Assembly (NCBI GenBank): GCA_043228905.1
Contig: JBHGNT010000004.1
Coordinates: 2,790,001-2,854,000 of the forward strand
Direction: 5' to 3'
Length of the DNA: 64,000 bases
DNA from: Azolla caroliniana
Lineage: Eukaryota > Plantae > Polypodiophyta
Part shown: positions 50,240-64,000 of the stretch, piece after piece
Layout: the number at the start of each line of letters is the position of its first letter
How positions within the stretch are numbered: the first letter of the stretch is position 1
Made by a program: the position numbers and the translations under genes
Notes under the pieces: model-generated
Seen by the model: only the letters and a program-made list of their open reading frames with translations
What the model was told of the DNA's origin: nothing
Database searches by the model: none

Positions 50240-53200
50240 TTAATAAGAAAATAAATAGCCTGTACGGTTGGTACCTGACTCAATTGTTTTCAGCTGCTGC
50301 AGGGTAATAATTATATCATTAATTGCAGGACGATTATCATGAACCTCTTCTGTGCATGACAATGCTAGAGATATGAAAGAGAACAAGTTTTCATAATTAT
50401 ACGTTGTATTTAAGAGGCTCGGATCTACAATTTGTAACCCTTGCACAGGAAGCATTCTTTGTACCCACATATGCAAATCTGCATCCACTGTAACGCCAGA
50501 AAATATTGGTTTTCTCCGTGTGATAAGCTCCAAGAGAAATATTCCATAGCCATAAACTTCAGCTTTCTGAGATAAGGATGCACCAGAAAGGCACTCTATA
50601 AACAACACAAGAACAAATCACAATAAATCAAAGCATAAGAACTAGACAATGCCACATTATAAAACTGTCCTAGGATTCTAAAAACTATGCTATTGCTTTA
50701 AGGAAAAAAGAAAAAAATAGATAGAATGTACCTGGAGCTATCATACCAGCCTCAGATTCTTCGAACTGAAATTTAGGCAAATCAGATTGTTTAACATATC
50801 GCAACCCTGATATGTATGCTTGCAGATTATGATCAAGAAGGATATGGCTAGGGTGTAGATTACAATGAATGATCCTTCCTTTCCACCATTTTTTATGCAA
50901 ATAAGCTACTCCCTGGGCAACATCAAGGGCAATCTTAAGGCACTGTACCATTTCCAGTGTATTTACCACCGCTGGGTTATGCAAGAAGCTTTGCAGGTCA
51001 CCATTCACATAAAAGTCCAGAATGACAAAGATTTCCTTTCCTGTAGATAACCAATCCTCAACCTTGATAATGTTGCGGTTCTTGACTTTTCTCAAGATCC
51101 TGCATTCTTTCACAAGATTTTGAATCTCAGATTGTTTCCTTTCTATTTTTTTCGCTGCAACTATTCTATCCCCCTTAAACATGATGCTTTCAACAAGGAA
51201 AGCTTTGTAGACTATCCCTCGGCTACCTCTACCAATTATATTATCCTCTTTAAAATTGTCAGTTGCATCTTTAAGCATTCGTAACGATATCCTTGGATGC
51301 AAAGAAGTTAAGTGGAAACAATGTAAGCAACAGACTACAATTGAACAGTGTGTTTCTATACAATCAACCAGAGATTCATATTTTTCTATATAGCACAGCC
51401 TAAAGGACAGCAAGATGATGATGAAAATCATTGTACTGCCAAAAACTGCCAGTCCCAGATACAGAAGAATGGAGTGTGCATCAATAAGCAGAGTTTTGAA
51501 ATCAATCTTTTTCACGATATGCTGTACCTTCAACTCTGACTTGCATGGTAGATTCAAAATGGCACCACAAAGATTTGGGTTGCCAGTAAAAGAACTTTTA
51601 TGTAAAGATCGAAATAATGGGAAATCTGGTATTTTTCCTGACAATAAGTTTGATGACAAATCTAGCATTTTAAGTTTGGGCAAATCTGCTAAGGAGCTTG
51701 GCACACTACCTGTTAGCTTATTCTTAGACAAATCCAGTCTTTCCAATGCAAAAATCTGCCCTAGCTCAGGTGGTATTTCTCCGGAAAGTTCATTAGATGA
51801 AAGATCCAATTTTCTGATAGAAACCAAGTTGATCCATGTAGATGGTATACTGCCAGACAGTTTATTTAAAGAGAGATCCAAGGATATGAGAGATTCACAT
51901 CCAGCCAGACTTGGAGGAAGCCCTCCAGACAACATGTTCCTTGAGAGATCAATGTTCTTAACCCATTTCATGCCACCTAGCACCATGGGCACAGTACCAA
52001 AAAATTTGTTTCTTGACAAATCTAAGCGGCTGGTTAAGCCTACCAGATTGCCTATAGAACTTGGAATTCTTCCAGAGAACTTGTTTTGGGCTATACTGAA
52101 ATCCTCAAGGAGAGCTAGGTTTCCAATGGTCTCAGGAATCGGATCACTCAACTGATTTGCACTCAAGTCCAATACTGTCAACATGCTTAGAAGACCTAAT
52201 GCACCAGGGATCTGACCAGATATTTGGTTGCCATTGAGTTGCACAACAGTAATCGTACTTGCTCTTCCTACATCTTTTGTCAATACTCCTCTAAAACGGT
52301 TGTTCCCAATATTTATGACACGCAATTTCTTCAGCATTGAGAAAGGAATACGAGACACATCAAAATCTATGCTATTGGACTCAAGGATAAGTACTTCAAG
52401 CCGCATGCAAGCACCTAAATCAGCTGTCAAACCTGCAACGTTGCAATAACCCTCTTTTTTTTAAAAGGTAATGCATTATATTGCGTACAATACAGAAATT
52501 ACAAAAGTTTGAACTTCAAAGCACCAGACCTCATGACCACAACAGATCAGAAAACATAGAATTTATAAAATTATTGCTCCAAAAATCCTACATTAACATT
52601 ATCTTATATTAAGGGACACACCAAGTGTCTCGTAATCCCCATGAAAGAATGACAGGATACATACAGAATTGACTTGCAGACAACAGACATAGGGAGCAGA
52701 GGATTCATGGAATTGCACGGCTTTTCAGACTTACCACCTTGCATATGCATTGTTCGTAGAGATGAGACTGCTTGATAGATGTTGGTCAGAATAAGGGAAG
52801 ATGAAGGCCGACCATTAGATATTGTGTTATTTTTCTCATAGTAGTTCCCGTTATGCCTCTCCCAAGGGAAATCAACATGCCTTTTTAATCTTGCTCCCTA
52901 AAATCTCAATGGTTTGAAATGAAACTGTGAAATAAGCAATCAGGTTTGCTGCTTGATCATTAGAATTGAAATTGCTGCACATCAGTCATGAGGTGGTCAG
53001 AAGGACGAGAGGGACGCCTCCGACGCCATGGGCTTTAATCTTGTCGTGACGTCCACAACAATTGCTCTAGTTGTTGTGACACCTCTGAGTTGTGATTCTA
53101 CTTTGGCTAGATGTTGGCATGTACATCATGATGAGTGTCATCAGTAGTATCCATGTGGAAGAAATCTGTAAAAGTTCTCTTCCTACCTAAGCATGGACTA

Positions 53201-55485
53201 ATAAAAACTTAAGCAAGTTGGTGATTTCCTATTCCTTCATTCTTCTATCTAATGTGTGGTAAAGTCTCTTGTTTAATTTGCAAATCTGCTCTTTTGCATG
53301 TGATTAAGTAGTAGGTTGTGTGTAGAGTTTGTTTTAGAAGTTGGTTGAAGTGTAAAGCTCAAGAGAAATTTGACAACTGCTCTTGCTCGTCCCTGCAAAA
53401 TGAGCTTGAGGTGGTTCTCAAGAAGAACACATTAGTGAGACGTAAACTTTCGGTAAGGGCACCGAAAGCCATTAAATAGAAGAATAGAATCAAACCATTG
53501 TTGAAATGGCCTAAAAGCATCAGAACTTAGCTATTCCTATTGGGTTGAGGAGGTTTTATGACAGTCTACATATTCTACTGAAGTTTGCATCAGTAGGTGA
53601 GAAAATGACTCCCCCTGAGGTCTACTTGGGGAAGAAACCTTGGGCCACAAATATTCGGACGTTTGGCTGTGCTAAACAGCATATATGTATCTTTCTCCAA
53701 GTACATGGTATTTATATTGATGCACTCCAATGATTCGTGTATATGATTAAAGTAAAAGAAAAGAAGTATGAGAAGATAAAATATCAATCGTGTATTCCTA
53801 ACCAAACTTGGAACCATCCAAAAGCTCAACTGGGTACAAAGATGGCCTATTATAAGTCCCTCCTATATATGTATGTATATTCTTGCATTATTCAAGCCAA
53901 GTATAAGAAGACACACATGCCGCTCACCATTTCCACAACAGCAGGGCAAGCTCAAAAATCGTCCACAGATATAGACAAGATAATATACAGATATAGCTTT
54001 GGAGGACCACATCTGCCAGCTTTGCAATCATGAAGTTGAACCTAAGGAGCACTATGTATGCCATTGCCCAATCTATTATGAGATCAGAGAAACATATCAC
54101 TCTATCTGTATCTCTGTATGGCTTAACGTTCTTTCTTTTAGAATAAGGAGACATAGGGGGAGGGGTTGACACAATCTAATCCAGAATGTGAGATGTCTTG
54201 CAAATACTTAAGAGTTTACCATCCCATTTGGTTAAGGGGTATATGGAGTCATCAACTTCCTACAACATCCGTTGAGAGAAACTGTCTCCTCCATTAGTCT
54301 GAAAACATTTCAACTTCTTGTACAGTTCCATCTTCCATTCCCATTGTATACATTTTCCAAGAGCGTTAGGCTTCTCCTTGAAAACAAATAAACACAACAT
54401 TCTACCATAATCATCTACAATTAGGAAGAAGTGGGATGATCTGCCCGAAACATTTGTCTCGATCTTTCAAAAGATCGGCATGGAGCAACTATATATGAGA
54501 CTTCACTCATTCGTAGCCGCCTGTAGAAAAAGACTTCCAATATTTCTTCGGAAGTCTCAGACTTCCCAAGCCCTCCAGAAAATCTGAGGCAAGTTATGAG
54601 GAGCCCTTTGGTTCACATCTTCTCCAATACAAAGAAACTCAAGTGTACGAAATGTCAATGCCACAACTTAGCATCCAATACACTTCCATGACAAACGCCT
54701 TTCTATCTGTGGACCCAACTATTTGTCCAATTTCTTTATATTAGATGAAACAATATTTTACAATGCAAATCTCTCATTCGGCCACCTGAAGATAATAACA
54801 TTTCTTTCTTTCTTTGTTTATCTTTTTAGAAGAGAACCATAATAATTATGACATACATGAAACCATAAGATATCACACAATTGCATATGATCTACAGCTC
54901 TAAAATGTGCCTTATAGAAATGTTTTAACTCTTTGAAGTTAAAGCTAAGCAGAGTACTTACCTACCAGTTAGCTTGTTAAAGCCCATATCAAATATCCTG
55001 AGCTTAGTATTGCCACAAAGGCCACTAGGAAATGCTCCATGCATCCTATTCTTTCGTAGAACAAGTATTTCAAGCGAAGGAATATCATTAAAACTTGAAG
55101 GAATGGTGCCAGAAATATCATTGAAGCTCAAATCGAGCAAGACGAGGCTTTTAAGGCGGCCAAGGTTCCATGGTATCCCACCTGTGATTCTATTGGTTGA
55201 GAAATTGATGTATCGAAGCCTTTGGAAGTGAGCAAATCCATCCCACATGGCGAATTCGAGCCTTGATGATGTGATGGATATGGTGTCCACCCAGCTTAAA
55301 GAAGCATCCCTTGCACATTTGATTCCATACCAAGTGCAGAAATCTCTGCTGCCCCATGAAGAGAGCACTGAGGAAGGGTCTCTCTTTACGACTCTGTGCT
55401 TGAAGGTCATGAGGAGGTCCACATCGGCAGCAAGAACTAGAGTTTGGATGCAGAGAATGTAAATGACATAGTGGGCGCATTTCAT
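50240..55485 (-). CDS. LRR receptor-like kinase (FLS2/LRR-XII-like architecture) with pseudokinase domain, join(54966-55485, 50732-52432, 50240-50595), about 858 aa
   Basis: Signal peptide, LRRNT (DPSSVLSSW..FCTWYGIKC), LxxLDLSxNxLSGxIP repeats, GNPNLCG cap, TM helix, kinase (IIGRGSRGIVYK, APE, LLELITRRKP, RP). Spliced length of 2577 nt is in frame. Confidence 0.9.
53480..53672 (+). mobile_element. Ty1/Copia integrase fragment, 3' part
   Basis: Frameshifted NQTIVEMA..YW..TVYIL..MTPPEVYLGKKP..NIRTFGC. Confidence 0.7.
53770..54130 (+). mobile_element. LINE 3'-end fragment with C-terminal zinc knuckle
   Basis: ICQLCNHEVEPKEHYVCHCPIYYEIRETY at about 54010-54097. Confidence 0.65.
54210..54710 (-). 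mobile_element. Ty1/Copia GAG-pre-integrase and integrase 5' fragment
   Basis: Degenerate AKLWH..HLS, LLHADL, FFLIVDDYGRM, KLKCFQTNGG, TPYTP*PNG. Confidence 0.7.
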
Positions 55486-55699
55486 CTTCAGGGATTGGAC
55501 ATGACATTATTTGGGGAGTTTATTTATCTTAGGTCTGCGCTAATGAGCGAGAATTCATGGTCTTCTCTGTTCGATCCAATGTGCCATCACCATCACACAT
55601 CACCATCACCATCACCATCACCAAGGGCGTGGGGATGAACCAGACAGAAAATACAAAGAACAATTCTTGACAGAGGCAAACATACCAGTATCTCTAAAT

Positions 55700-55810
55700 T
55701 ATTATATATTTATGTATATGTATATATATGTTATATACATGTATGTATCCGTATGTATACACGTATATATATATCTGTACAATATACGTATATATATGTA
55801 TACACATATA

Positions 55811-55841
<31 letters not shown>

Positions 55842-55845
55842 CATT
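55700..55845. repeat. TA-rich microsatellite
   Basis: Direct reading. Confidence 0.9.
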
Positions 55846-56276
55846 CGAATTTGTAGAAACTAATAAAGCAGTTATTTTTGCTATAAGATCACCCATTTAC
55901 ATGGTTTTCTTGCTCTTCGTCGGAGCATGATTTTGTTTTTGTTGAAAACGTAAGTGGGTCGTCTATGTCTAATGTTAATGATGTTGAATTTTAATGATAT
56001 CTTTTATTCTTTAGCCACACGGAATTGATATATATACTTTTGTGGTTGCTCATTACCATTCAATACATATATATATAGCTTCTTTGATTATGTATGCCAA
56101 TTTCTTCTTCTCTATATGCAACATAATCATTTACTTTTGTTTTGTTTATATACATTTATGGTTTGGACAATCACAAATTGGTTCATGTCAATGGAGCACA
56201 ATAGGCTTTTGTTTGCCCTGGCAATAACACTATACATAAATGTTATCAGTCATCACAAAGCTGAAATTTTGGCACT

Positions 56277-56454
56277 TGCCATGAAATTTAGGTATAATTT
56301 AAATAGTTATCTCGCATTTAAGGTACTTTTATGATCATAACATTTAACTTCTATTGGAAGTGCATGCCATGTAAACTAGGTATAATTTAAATAGTTCTCC
56401 AGCATTTCACGTACTTTTCTGATCATAACATTTAACTTCTATTGGAAGTGCATG
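56277..56454. repeat. Tandem duplication, about 88-bp period
   Basis: tgccatg..taggtataatttaaatagtt..tgatcataacatttaacttctattggaagtgca occurs twice. Confidence 0.9.
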
Positions 56455-57531
56455 TGTGTATATAGACACATCACATTCTTTGCCTTGTTAATGACTTATA
56501 ACTACCTCAAACCGCATTACATTGGTTCAAACAAAAGTTAAGCGTTTTGAAAATGAATGATTTAAATTGACCTCACTTGTAAACATAGAGAGAAAGTGTC
56601 TAAATCTAACAATCCTACAAAGGGCTCACAAGTCGATTTGCAAGTTGTTGGTGCCTTTTTAAGATTCCTTGAGTAACCATCGAAACTAGAACAACGTGAT
56701 TCCTACAATGTCCTTGAATATATCGTACTTTTTATCGGGATATCCTAGGTTCTAACTCACTATTATTGGAAATCCTACACAATTAATTGCTCGGAGTTAT
56801 TCAACCACTTAATTGTCTCATCAATAATTGAATTTTTAGTGAGGCAAATTACCATAGACAAAACACATAGTACAAAAGCCACATTCAAAGTTACGATGTT
56901 TGTTGTTGCTACAATAAGTGTGTTTATTTATGCCTTATTCCACAAAAGTAAGCCTTGATTCCTTCCATCATGCATCCATATCCATGGACCATACCATTCT
57001 TTTGCAAACCTCCAATTGTAGAAATATAAAAACACCAAGAGCCCTACATTTTGTAACCTTATACAAGAAAGTAGGCTCCCTTATGCCACATGGCACACAC
57101 ACGATCAAAATATCATCCGAGATGCAGAATCACCATTTGCAATTAAGAGCTTGGAAATCAATGCAAATAGAGGGATGTTAAAATGTCAATCGCAAAAGTA
57201 GTCACATCATCAAAAGAAGATCAATCTCACACAATTGCTCTTAACTTAAGCTTGTTTGGTAAGAACAACATCAAAATGATGTGGGTAGATGATGCATCTC
57301 TACATTGCCTTGACCCCTACCACATTACATGCATGATGATTCCCACACAACAACAACTCCGAGAACTCCTAACTAATTAAAAACAGGTGAATATTAGGCA
57401 CTCCTTAAGATTTGCAACTATGTTTCACTCGTGAGATGCAACGGCCAACAAGTGGCAATGACAACAATAATGGTCATAGTAGTAGTGAATATGCAAATTC
57501 TAGGGGCCAAATCAATAGTGAGTGCTCATTG

Positions 57532-57866
57532 TCATACAAACATACATACATACATACAAACATACAAACATACATACAAACACACAGACACAGACACAGA
57601 CACAAACACAAACACGCATATACATACATACATACATACATACATACATACATACACACAGACACATACATCATACATACATACATACACAGACACATAC
57701 AAACATACAAACATACATACATACATACATACATACATACATACATACATACATACATACATACATACATACATACATACATACACAGACACATACAAAC
57801 ATACAAACATACATACATACATACAAACATACATACATACAAACAATACATACATACATACATCAT
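57532..57866. repeat. Long compound (CATA)n/(CACAGA)n microsatellite
   Basis: Direct reading. It generates spurious HTYI/MYVC ORFs. Confidence 0.95.
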
Positions 57867-58117
57867 ATAGATATGTATGTATGTGTCGAATCAAAAAATT
57901 GCACTTTCTGTTATGCCATCGTGGGTGGCCAAAAACAGGGTCCTAATTTTACCAAAAGAAACACAAACATATATATATATATTTATTAATTGTTATGATT
58001 ATTAAAGTTTTAACTGGCCGCACTTTCCCTCTTTCTCATGCACATTCACTCATCACTCTCATAAGGTTCGACAGAGCGATCAGCCTGCTGAACCATCTTT
58101 CCTTGGACTTCCTAGCT

Positions 58118-61100
58118 ATGGCGGATCAGCGAAATCCATTGATCTTTGCATACTATGTCACTGGCCATGGCTTTGGTCATGCCACTCGTGTAGCAGAGGT
58201 AAAGTAACAAGGTCCTCTTTCTCCTCTGTAAAACCCTGCTTTTTATATCCCCCCCCCCCATGTGTGTAAACCTATTCCCATTTTCCGTTAATTGTGGCTA
58301 CTTTTTTTCTTTCTTTGTATTTGAAGTATGAGATTTGATTCATATGAGCAGGTTGTAAAGCATATCATTAGTTCAGGGCACGAGGTTCACGTTGTGACCG
58401 CTGCCCCGGAATTTGTCTTCAGAAGCTCCATCTCTTCTTCAAGGCTTCATATCCGCAAGGTGACTTTTAACCCTTGTTCTGATGCTTATGATTCTTCTAA
58501 ATGGAAAAGGGTATCATGAAAACATTTCGTTTTCCTTCTATTAACCACCAGTTTCTTATGCATGTACATTTTACAAAATTCTAGTGTTAAGCAGAGAGAC
58601 CTTATGGACTTTTTATTTATTTTTGGCATGAACTAATTTTCTATGCAAATGAAATATCATGTCATAGATTTTTATGTAGAAAATTATGTTAAATTATGTA
58701 ATTAATTGTGCTTGTGACCTAGCTTTAGACATCTCTCTCGAATTCAAAGAGTGCAATACAAGATAAAGCAATTAGCTAGAATCTCTGGTGCTTCGTGATT
58801 ATATCTATGTGGCATGCATATTTGTTCAGGGGAGGATTTTGGATCTGTTACATAGAAATAGTAGACAATCACCAAATCATAGTTATAGCTGATATATCAT
58901 AAATATAAAATTAGCTGCTGTGGTGGCTCCCTTACAGGCTTTGCTCGACTCAGGAGCTGTTCAATCAGATGCTCTTACAGTAGATCGTCTCGCATCTCTT
59001 GAAAAGGTAACATAAATGTCCAAATGTTGATCAAAGTTGACGGTTTTTCTGAAGAATACATGTTCATGGGAATTCAACATTTCGTATGGTGAACACATAC
59101 CCAATTAAGGGCATATTATTTTCATTGTCAAACAGTATCGGCAAACTGCCGTCCTTCCGCGTGCTTCAATTTTGGATACTGAAGTCAATTGGCTAAAGAA
59201 TGTGAAGGCAGATCTTGTGGTTAGTGCGCATTTTTATTTTTAAGGAATTTCATTGTGCTCTAGGAGGATTCTCCTTTGTTGTGTTGAGAATAATATGATC
59301 ATCTTAGGCAGGTTTCTGACATAGTGTCAGTTGCATGCCGAGCTGCAATAGAGGCAGGAATTCTCTCAGTATGTGTGACTAATTTCAGGTATGCATTCAA
59401 ATGCGTTGTGTATCTCTTTTTTATTCAATAGGACTTTTTACAGTGTTTCATCTGATCAATTAGTATCTAACTTTTGAATGATGTTACGAGGAAGTGTGCC
59501 AGCTTAGCTGGTCTAGAATGGAAAATATTATGCATGTTTAAAAAAATGTCAGAATCCCCATTCTTTTCTATCATTAATATATGCACACTACCAAAGCAAG
59601 AGATTCTTATAATGAATAATGCTGAGAATAAAAGTAGTCTCGGACAATTCAATCAAGGATTTTCATAGGAGTGAGTTTTTCCTCATGTATCGGTCACTGA
59701 ACATAAATTTATGTTTTAACTTCCAATGTGTATGATGTAGTCTGCCTCTGCCAAATGATCACATACCTAGTACATCTTATCCCATGCATAGTGGGAGGTT
59801 ATCGTTTTAAAAACAGATTATACAAGTTAAAAACTATTGGTAAGAGGGAGGAGTAAAATTACATGAGCTATTAAAAGCAGTCGTTCAAGCGGGAGGGTCA
59901 GTGAATTTCCTAAAACTTATATGAGCTTGCTAAGAGAGTCATGTGACATGTACAAGAGCTGAGTCCAGGTTCCAATCCTGAACAATTTGGTGATGTGTAT
60001 AGCTGGGATTTCATTTATGCTGAGTATGTCATTGTTGCTGGTCATCAGTATAGATCCATCATTTGGCAGGTAAGAAGTGCCCAAATTGATAAACATGTTA
60101 TTTCCGTCTTACATAGAGATCAAGAAAATGCAGAATATAATTAGAAACTCAGTAAATCATTTCAAAAGTCTGTAACAACTTTAATGTGGCTTTAATTCTA
60201 ACAGTGGCTGTTACAAAAGTCAAATCATTACTTCTAGAAATGTGTTCTTGTTTTAATGCAAAAGATAACCTGTAAACCCTTGGTTTCTTTCTCTATATAC
60301 ATTGCTTTTGTTTTGTCAGATTGCAGAAGACTATTCACATGCACAATTTCTGATCAGGCTACCTGGATACTGCCCTAGTAAGCTGTGCCACTTGATTTAA
60401 TGTTGAATTCTCCTGTTTAAGGTACTTTTTCTATTAAGATCGCAGGAATGTGGCTACTTGCTCAATTTGAACATTCCTATGGATGAAGACCATGAAGGCC
60501 TAATTTATCATGGCTTATTTTGATGCAATAGTATCTTTATAGCAGGATCCAGTAACTTTGTTCTTTCTATGTTTTATTTTAATATGCAAGAAATAATAAC
60601 TGTATTTATTATGCTTGCAGAACTAATCAGATAGGTCACTGAAACATAATTTATTGAAAATTTCCTGTTTGTTAATTTAATCAATGTGTAGTTTATGCCA
60701 ACAAGAATGATGTAATAAGATGTTTATAAAACACTTGCAAATGTCAAACTACAACCTATGGAGCTATTGACCTACCACCCAAAAATTTAATAATATGAAC
60801 AATATTTATGTACAATGTGCTCATGCAAGGAGTTCCTCATTTAAATTGAGTATTTGGTCTAAGCAGCTAGTTGTATATGCTACAGTGCCTGCATTTCGTG
60901 ATGTAATCGATGTGCCTCTAGTAGTGAGGAAAGCAAAAAGATCACGTGAAGAGGTAAAAGGTCATAAAATTATATGAGATTCTAAATGGTGAAGGTTAAG
61001 AATATGAATCAAATATCTATGATACAGGTTAGAACGGAGCTTGGTATTGGTCTGCAGGATAAATTGCTCCTCTTTAATTTTGGAGGACAGGTAAATCTCG

Positions 61101-64000
61101 ATGGTTGCGTTTTTGCATAAAAACATGTCGCATCTTCCGTATTGATTCATATCAAATTTGAGGGATCATGTAGAATAGATTTTGGACGGAAGTACCTGAT
61201 ATACACTTAATGAATGTTAAATTTTCAAGTAATAAATGCTAGAAGTGTATATTAAACGTTACAGTTTGCAGTTTAAAATAATTTTGAAGTAAAACATGAA
61301 AATTTCAGGATGCCAGTTGGACATTGAATGAAGATTACCTTCCCAAGGGTTGGAAGTGCATGGTATGCTATATTCACTAAATGAGTAGTCTTATTAGCAT
61401 AATGCTCACCTATTGATTAATCTGTTATTAATGAAGGTATGTGCAGCACCAAGCGGGCAAACATTTCCATCGAACTTTATAGCAATTCCCAACGATGTAT
61501 ATACTCCAGATCTTATTGCTGCAAGTGATTGTATGCTTGGTAGGATTGCATATTTGACTATCACATGCACAGTTGGCAGTGCTCTTTGAATTTGCTCAAT
61601 AAATTGTCTTACTGGGGGCTATCTTGATGATTTTTGTTTCTTTTTCGCTTCTCTCAGGAAAAATAGGTTATGGGACTACGAGTGAAGCTCTAGCATTCAA
61701 GGTGCCATTTGTGTTTGTCCGTCGGGACTACTTCAATGAGGAACCATTTTTGAGAAACATGCTAGAGGTCTATCATTCACTTATTTATGCACATGGTTTA
61801 TAGATCTAGTTTAAGTATTGAGTATGTATAGAAGAATAGAAATTATATATATATTTATATATATGTATGTATGTGTGTGCTCAATAAATTTTATGGAATG
61901 CAGCATCATGAGTGTGGAGTGGAGATGATCCGGCGTGATTTTTTGACTGGACGCTGGGCTCCTTATCTGGAAAAAGCATTAAATATTTCGCCTTCATATG
62001 ATGAACCCTTAAATGGAGGGGAGGTATATCATTTTGCTCTTAGTTCATCAACCACACAGCTATATACTACATGTATTGCAACACTTAAGAAGTCCTCTCA
62101 TATCAGGTGGTTGCAAAAATTCTTGAAGATGCAGCTTTGGGTAACTTCGATTCTGTGAGAAAGGTATCTTTGATAGTATGCATATGATTTCAATGCCTCT
62201 TTTTGTCTTCTATGCGTGAGACAAACTTATATCAGTCAATGTCGCGCTTCTGTTATGTTTTTTCAATCTCTTTGAGAATAATTGGCAATTAGTTCTAGTG
62301 TTGTACCTCAAAAGTTTATGCCAACTATATCTTTAATAAATTATTTTCAGCAAAGCGGTGCTCGAAGACTCCAAGATGCAATCGTGTTTGGGTTCCAAAT
62401 GCAAAGGGTACCTGGTAAAGAATTGGCCATTCCTAACTGGTATACAAATGCTCAGAAAGAGCTAAGTTTGCGGTCAGCTGCCAGTTATGAACGTTTGGAT
62501 ACTGTTTTGCCTGGGTCAAAATCTTCTCGGCCAGATATGTAAATTCCATTTGTTAAGTTCTAGACATTGTAGATGCCAAAGTTTTACACATTTAAGCTAT
62601 AGCTTAACATATTTTATGTTTGTGTAGTGAAAATTTTGAAATTCTTCATGGAGATGGATATCATCTTCTTGATACAGTAGCTTTTTTGAAGAGCCTTTCC
62701 AGATTGGCACGGGTAACAGAGAAGAATATTGAAAAGACACCATTACGTGAGTGGCTTGCTGCATCAGCTTTGTTTAACTGGGAGGTGTGTTATGATGTCA
62801 GAATATATGTTTGATCTAACTTCTTTTAGCAGGTTACTTGTTGAAACATAAATACAGGAGGGAAATAGTCAATTCGTGTCATATGTTTGCAGGATGAAAT
62901 TTTTGTGAGTAGAGCACCAGGCCGTCTGGATGTCATGGGAGGAATCGGTGACTATTCTGGAAGCTTAGTTTTGCAGGTGAACTAGATGTATTTTGGTTAT
63001 ATTGATAAATATCACAAGCATGATTGACCTAGGCAGCTTCTATTTTCTCAGATGCCAATACGCGAAGCATGTCATGTTGCTGTTCAACGTAGTCTCCCAG
63101 GAAAACAGCGTTTATGGAAGCATGCACTAGCAAGGAAAGACAATGATACAGGACCTGTGGTCCAGATTGTAAGTTCCTAGCCTCTGGTGTGTATTTTCGT
63201 TTGTTTTTATTTCATACTGTGGACAACCACATAACAACCTGATGTATATTCAGATATAATTCTCAGGGAAACCATTTCTGGTTATTAGATATTTTATGTT
63301 ACACAACGCCATGTGGGTCTTTATGTGCTACCCCTCAGTTTCTTTGTGATAGTGGTGCTCTCAATGATCCAGTATCCCTTTGTCCTGTTCAAGTCTTGCA
63401 GTAGGGATGAAAGGCTACTGAGAATACTTTTGCTGTAACTTATCCTATATTTCCAAGAAGAATTGTCTTGAGAAGAGAGAGATGCTGTTGTAGGTTTGTT
63501 AGGGGCAATTTCATAATGTAATTATTAATATTCTCATTTTTGGATTTAGGTGTCGTTTGGTGCAGAACTTTGTAATAGAGCTCCAACTTTTGACATGGAT
63601 ATTTCCGAGTTTCTGGATTCTGAAGGAAATCCTATCAGTTATTCCAAAGCCAGAGCTTTCTTTGAGAAAGATCCTTCACAAAAGTAGGACTTTTGTTGCC
63701 TTCATCCATAGGCCTGTTCATTGTAATTTGTTTTATGGAAGCTTGTCATTTGTTTTATAGGTGGGCAGCATACATTGCAGGAACACTGTTGGTGCTGATG
63801 CGTGAGAAAGGAGTGCATTTTCAAGATGGCATAAGTATATTGGTACCTATCCAGAGACATTTTCTCGCAGCTTATGAAATCATATCTACTAATTTCTGTT
63901 TTTCCTATTAAGTAGTCGTTCAATCATTATTGGTGTTTTCTGCAAGTAGGTATCATCTGCAGTTCCAGAGGGAAAAGGTGTCTCATCATCTGCTGCTGTG
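58118..64000 (+). CDS. ARA1: L-arabinokinase (N-terminal glycosyltransferase-like domain plus GHMP kinase), 5' part with about 21 exons, continues beyond the window
   Basis: [135 protein letters not shown]. Confidence 0.95.

Noticed and set aside
51415-52155. 246-aa plus-strand ORF (and similar ORFs at 12362, 12749, 21450, 54974)
   Set aside because: Antisense shadows of real minus-strand genes.
57412-57989. Several long HTYI/MYVC-repeat ORFs
   Set aside because: They are translations of the (CATA)n microsatellite.

Overview
AT-rich, intron-containing land-plant nuclear DNA, most likely a seed-free vascular plant such as a fern (inferred, not proven). Protein genes that could be spliced by hand: TOM1-like TOL1 (VHS-GAT, minus), nodulin-related protein NRP1-like (minus), F-box/kelch-type protein (minus), a multi-exon Sfi1-like Trp-repeat/coiled-coil protein (minus), a class I cinnamyl alcohol dehydrogenase (plus), an LRR receptor-like kinase with a degenerate catalytic site (minus), and the 5' part of L-arabinokinase ARA1 (plus, runs off the window). 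Possible exons of an unidentified gene lie at the left edge. The main feature missed by the ORF track is a plus-strand cluster of about four snoRNAs (two H/ACA, two C/D) at 14.47-15.38 kb. It sits behind a telo-box promoter in an apparently non-coding spliced host transcript, and its guides match recalled rRNA sites. Also present: a TIR DNA transposon carrying a Ulp1 protease relic and a nested LINE, hAT-like MITEs, tRNA-derived SINEs, Copia and LINE fragments, many short tandem duplications and microsatellites. All rRNA pairings were made against recalled conserved plant rRNA sequence and need computational confirmation.
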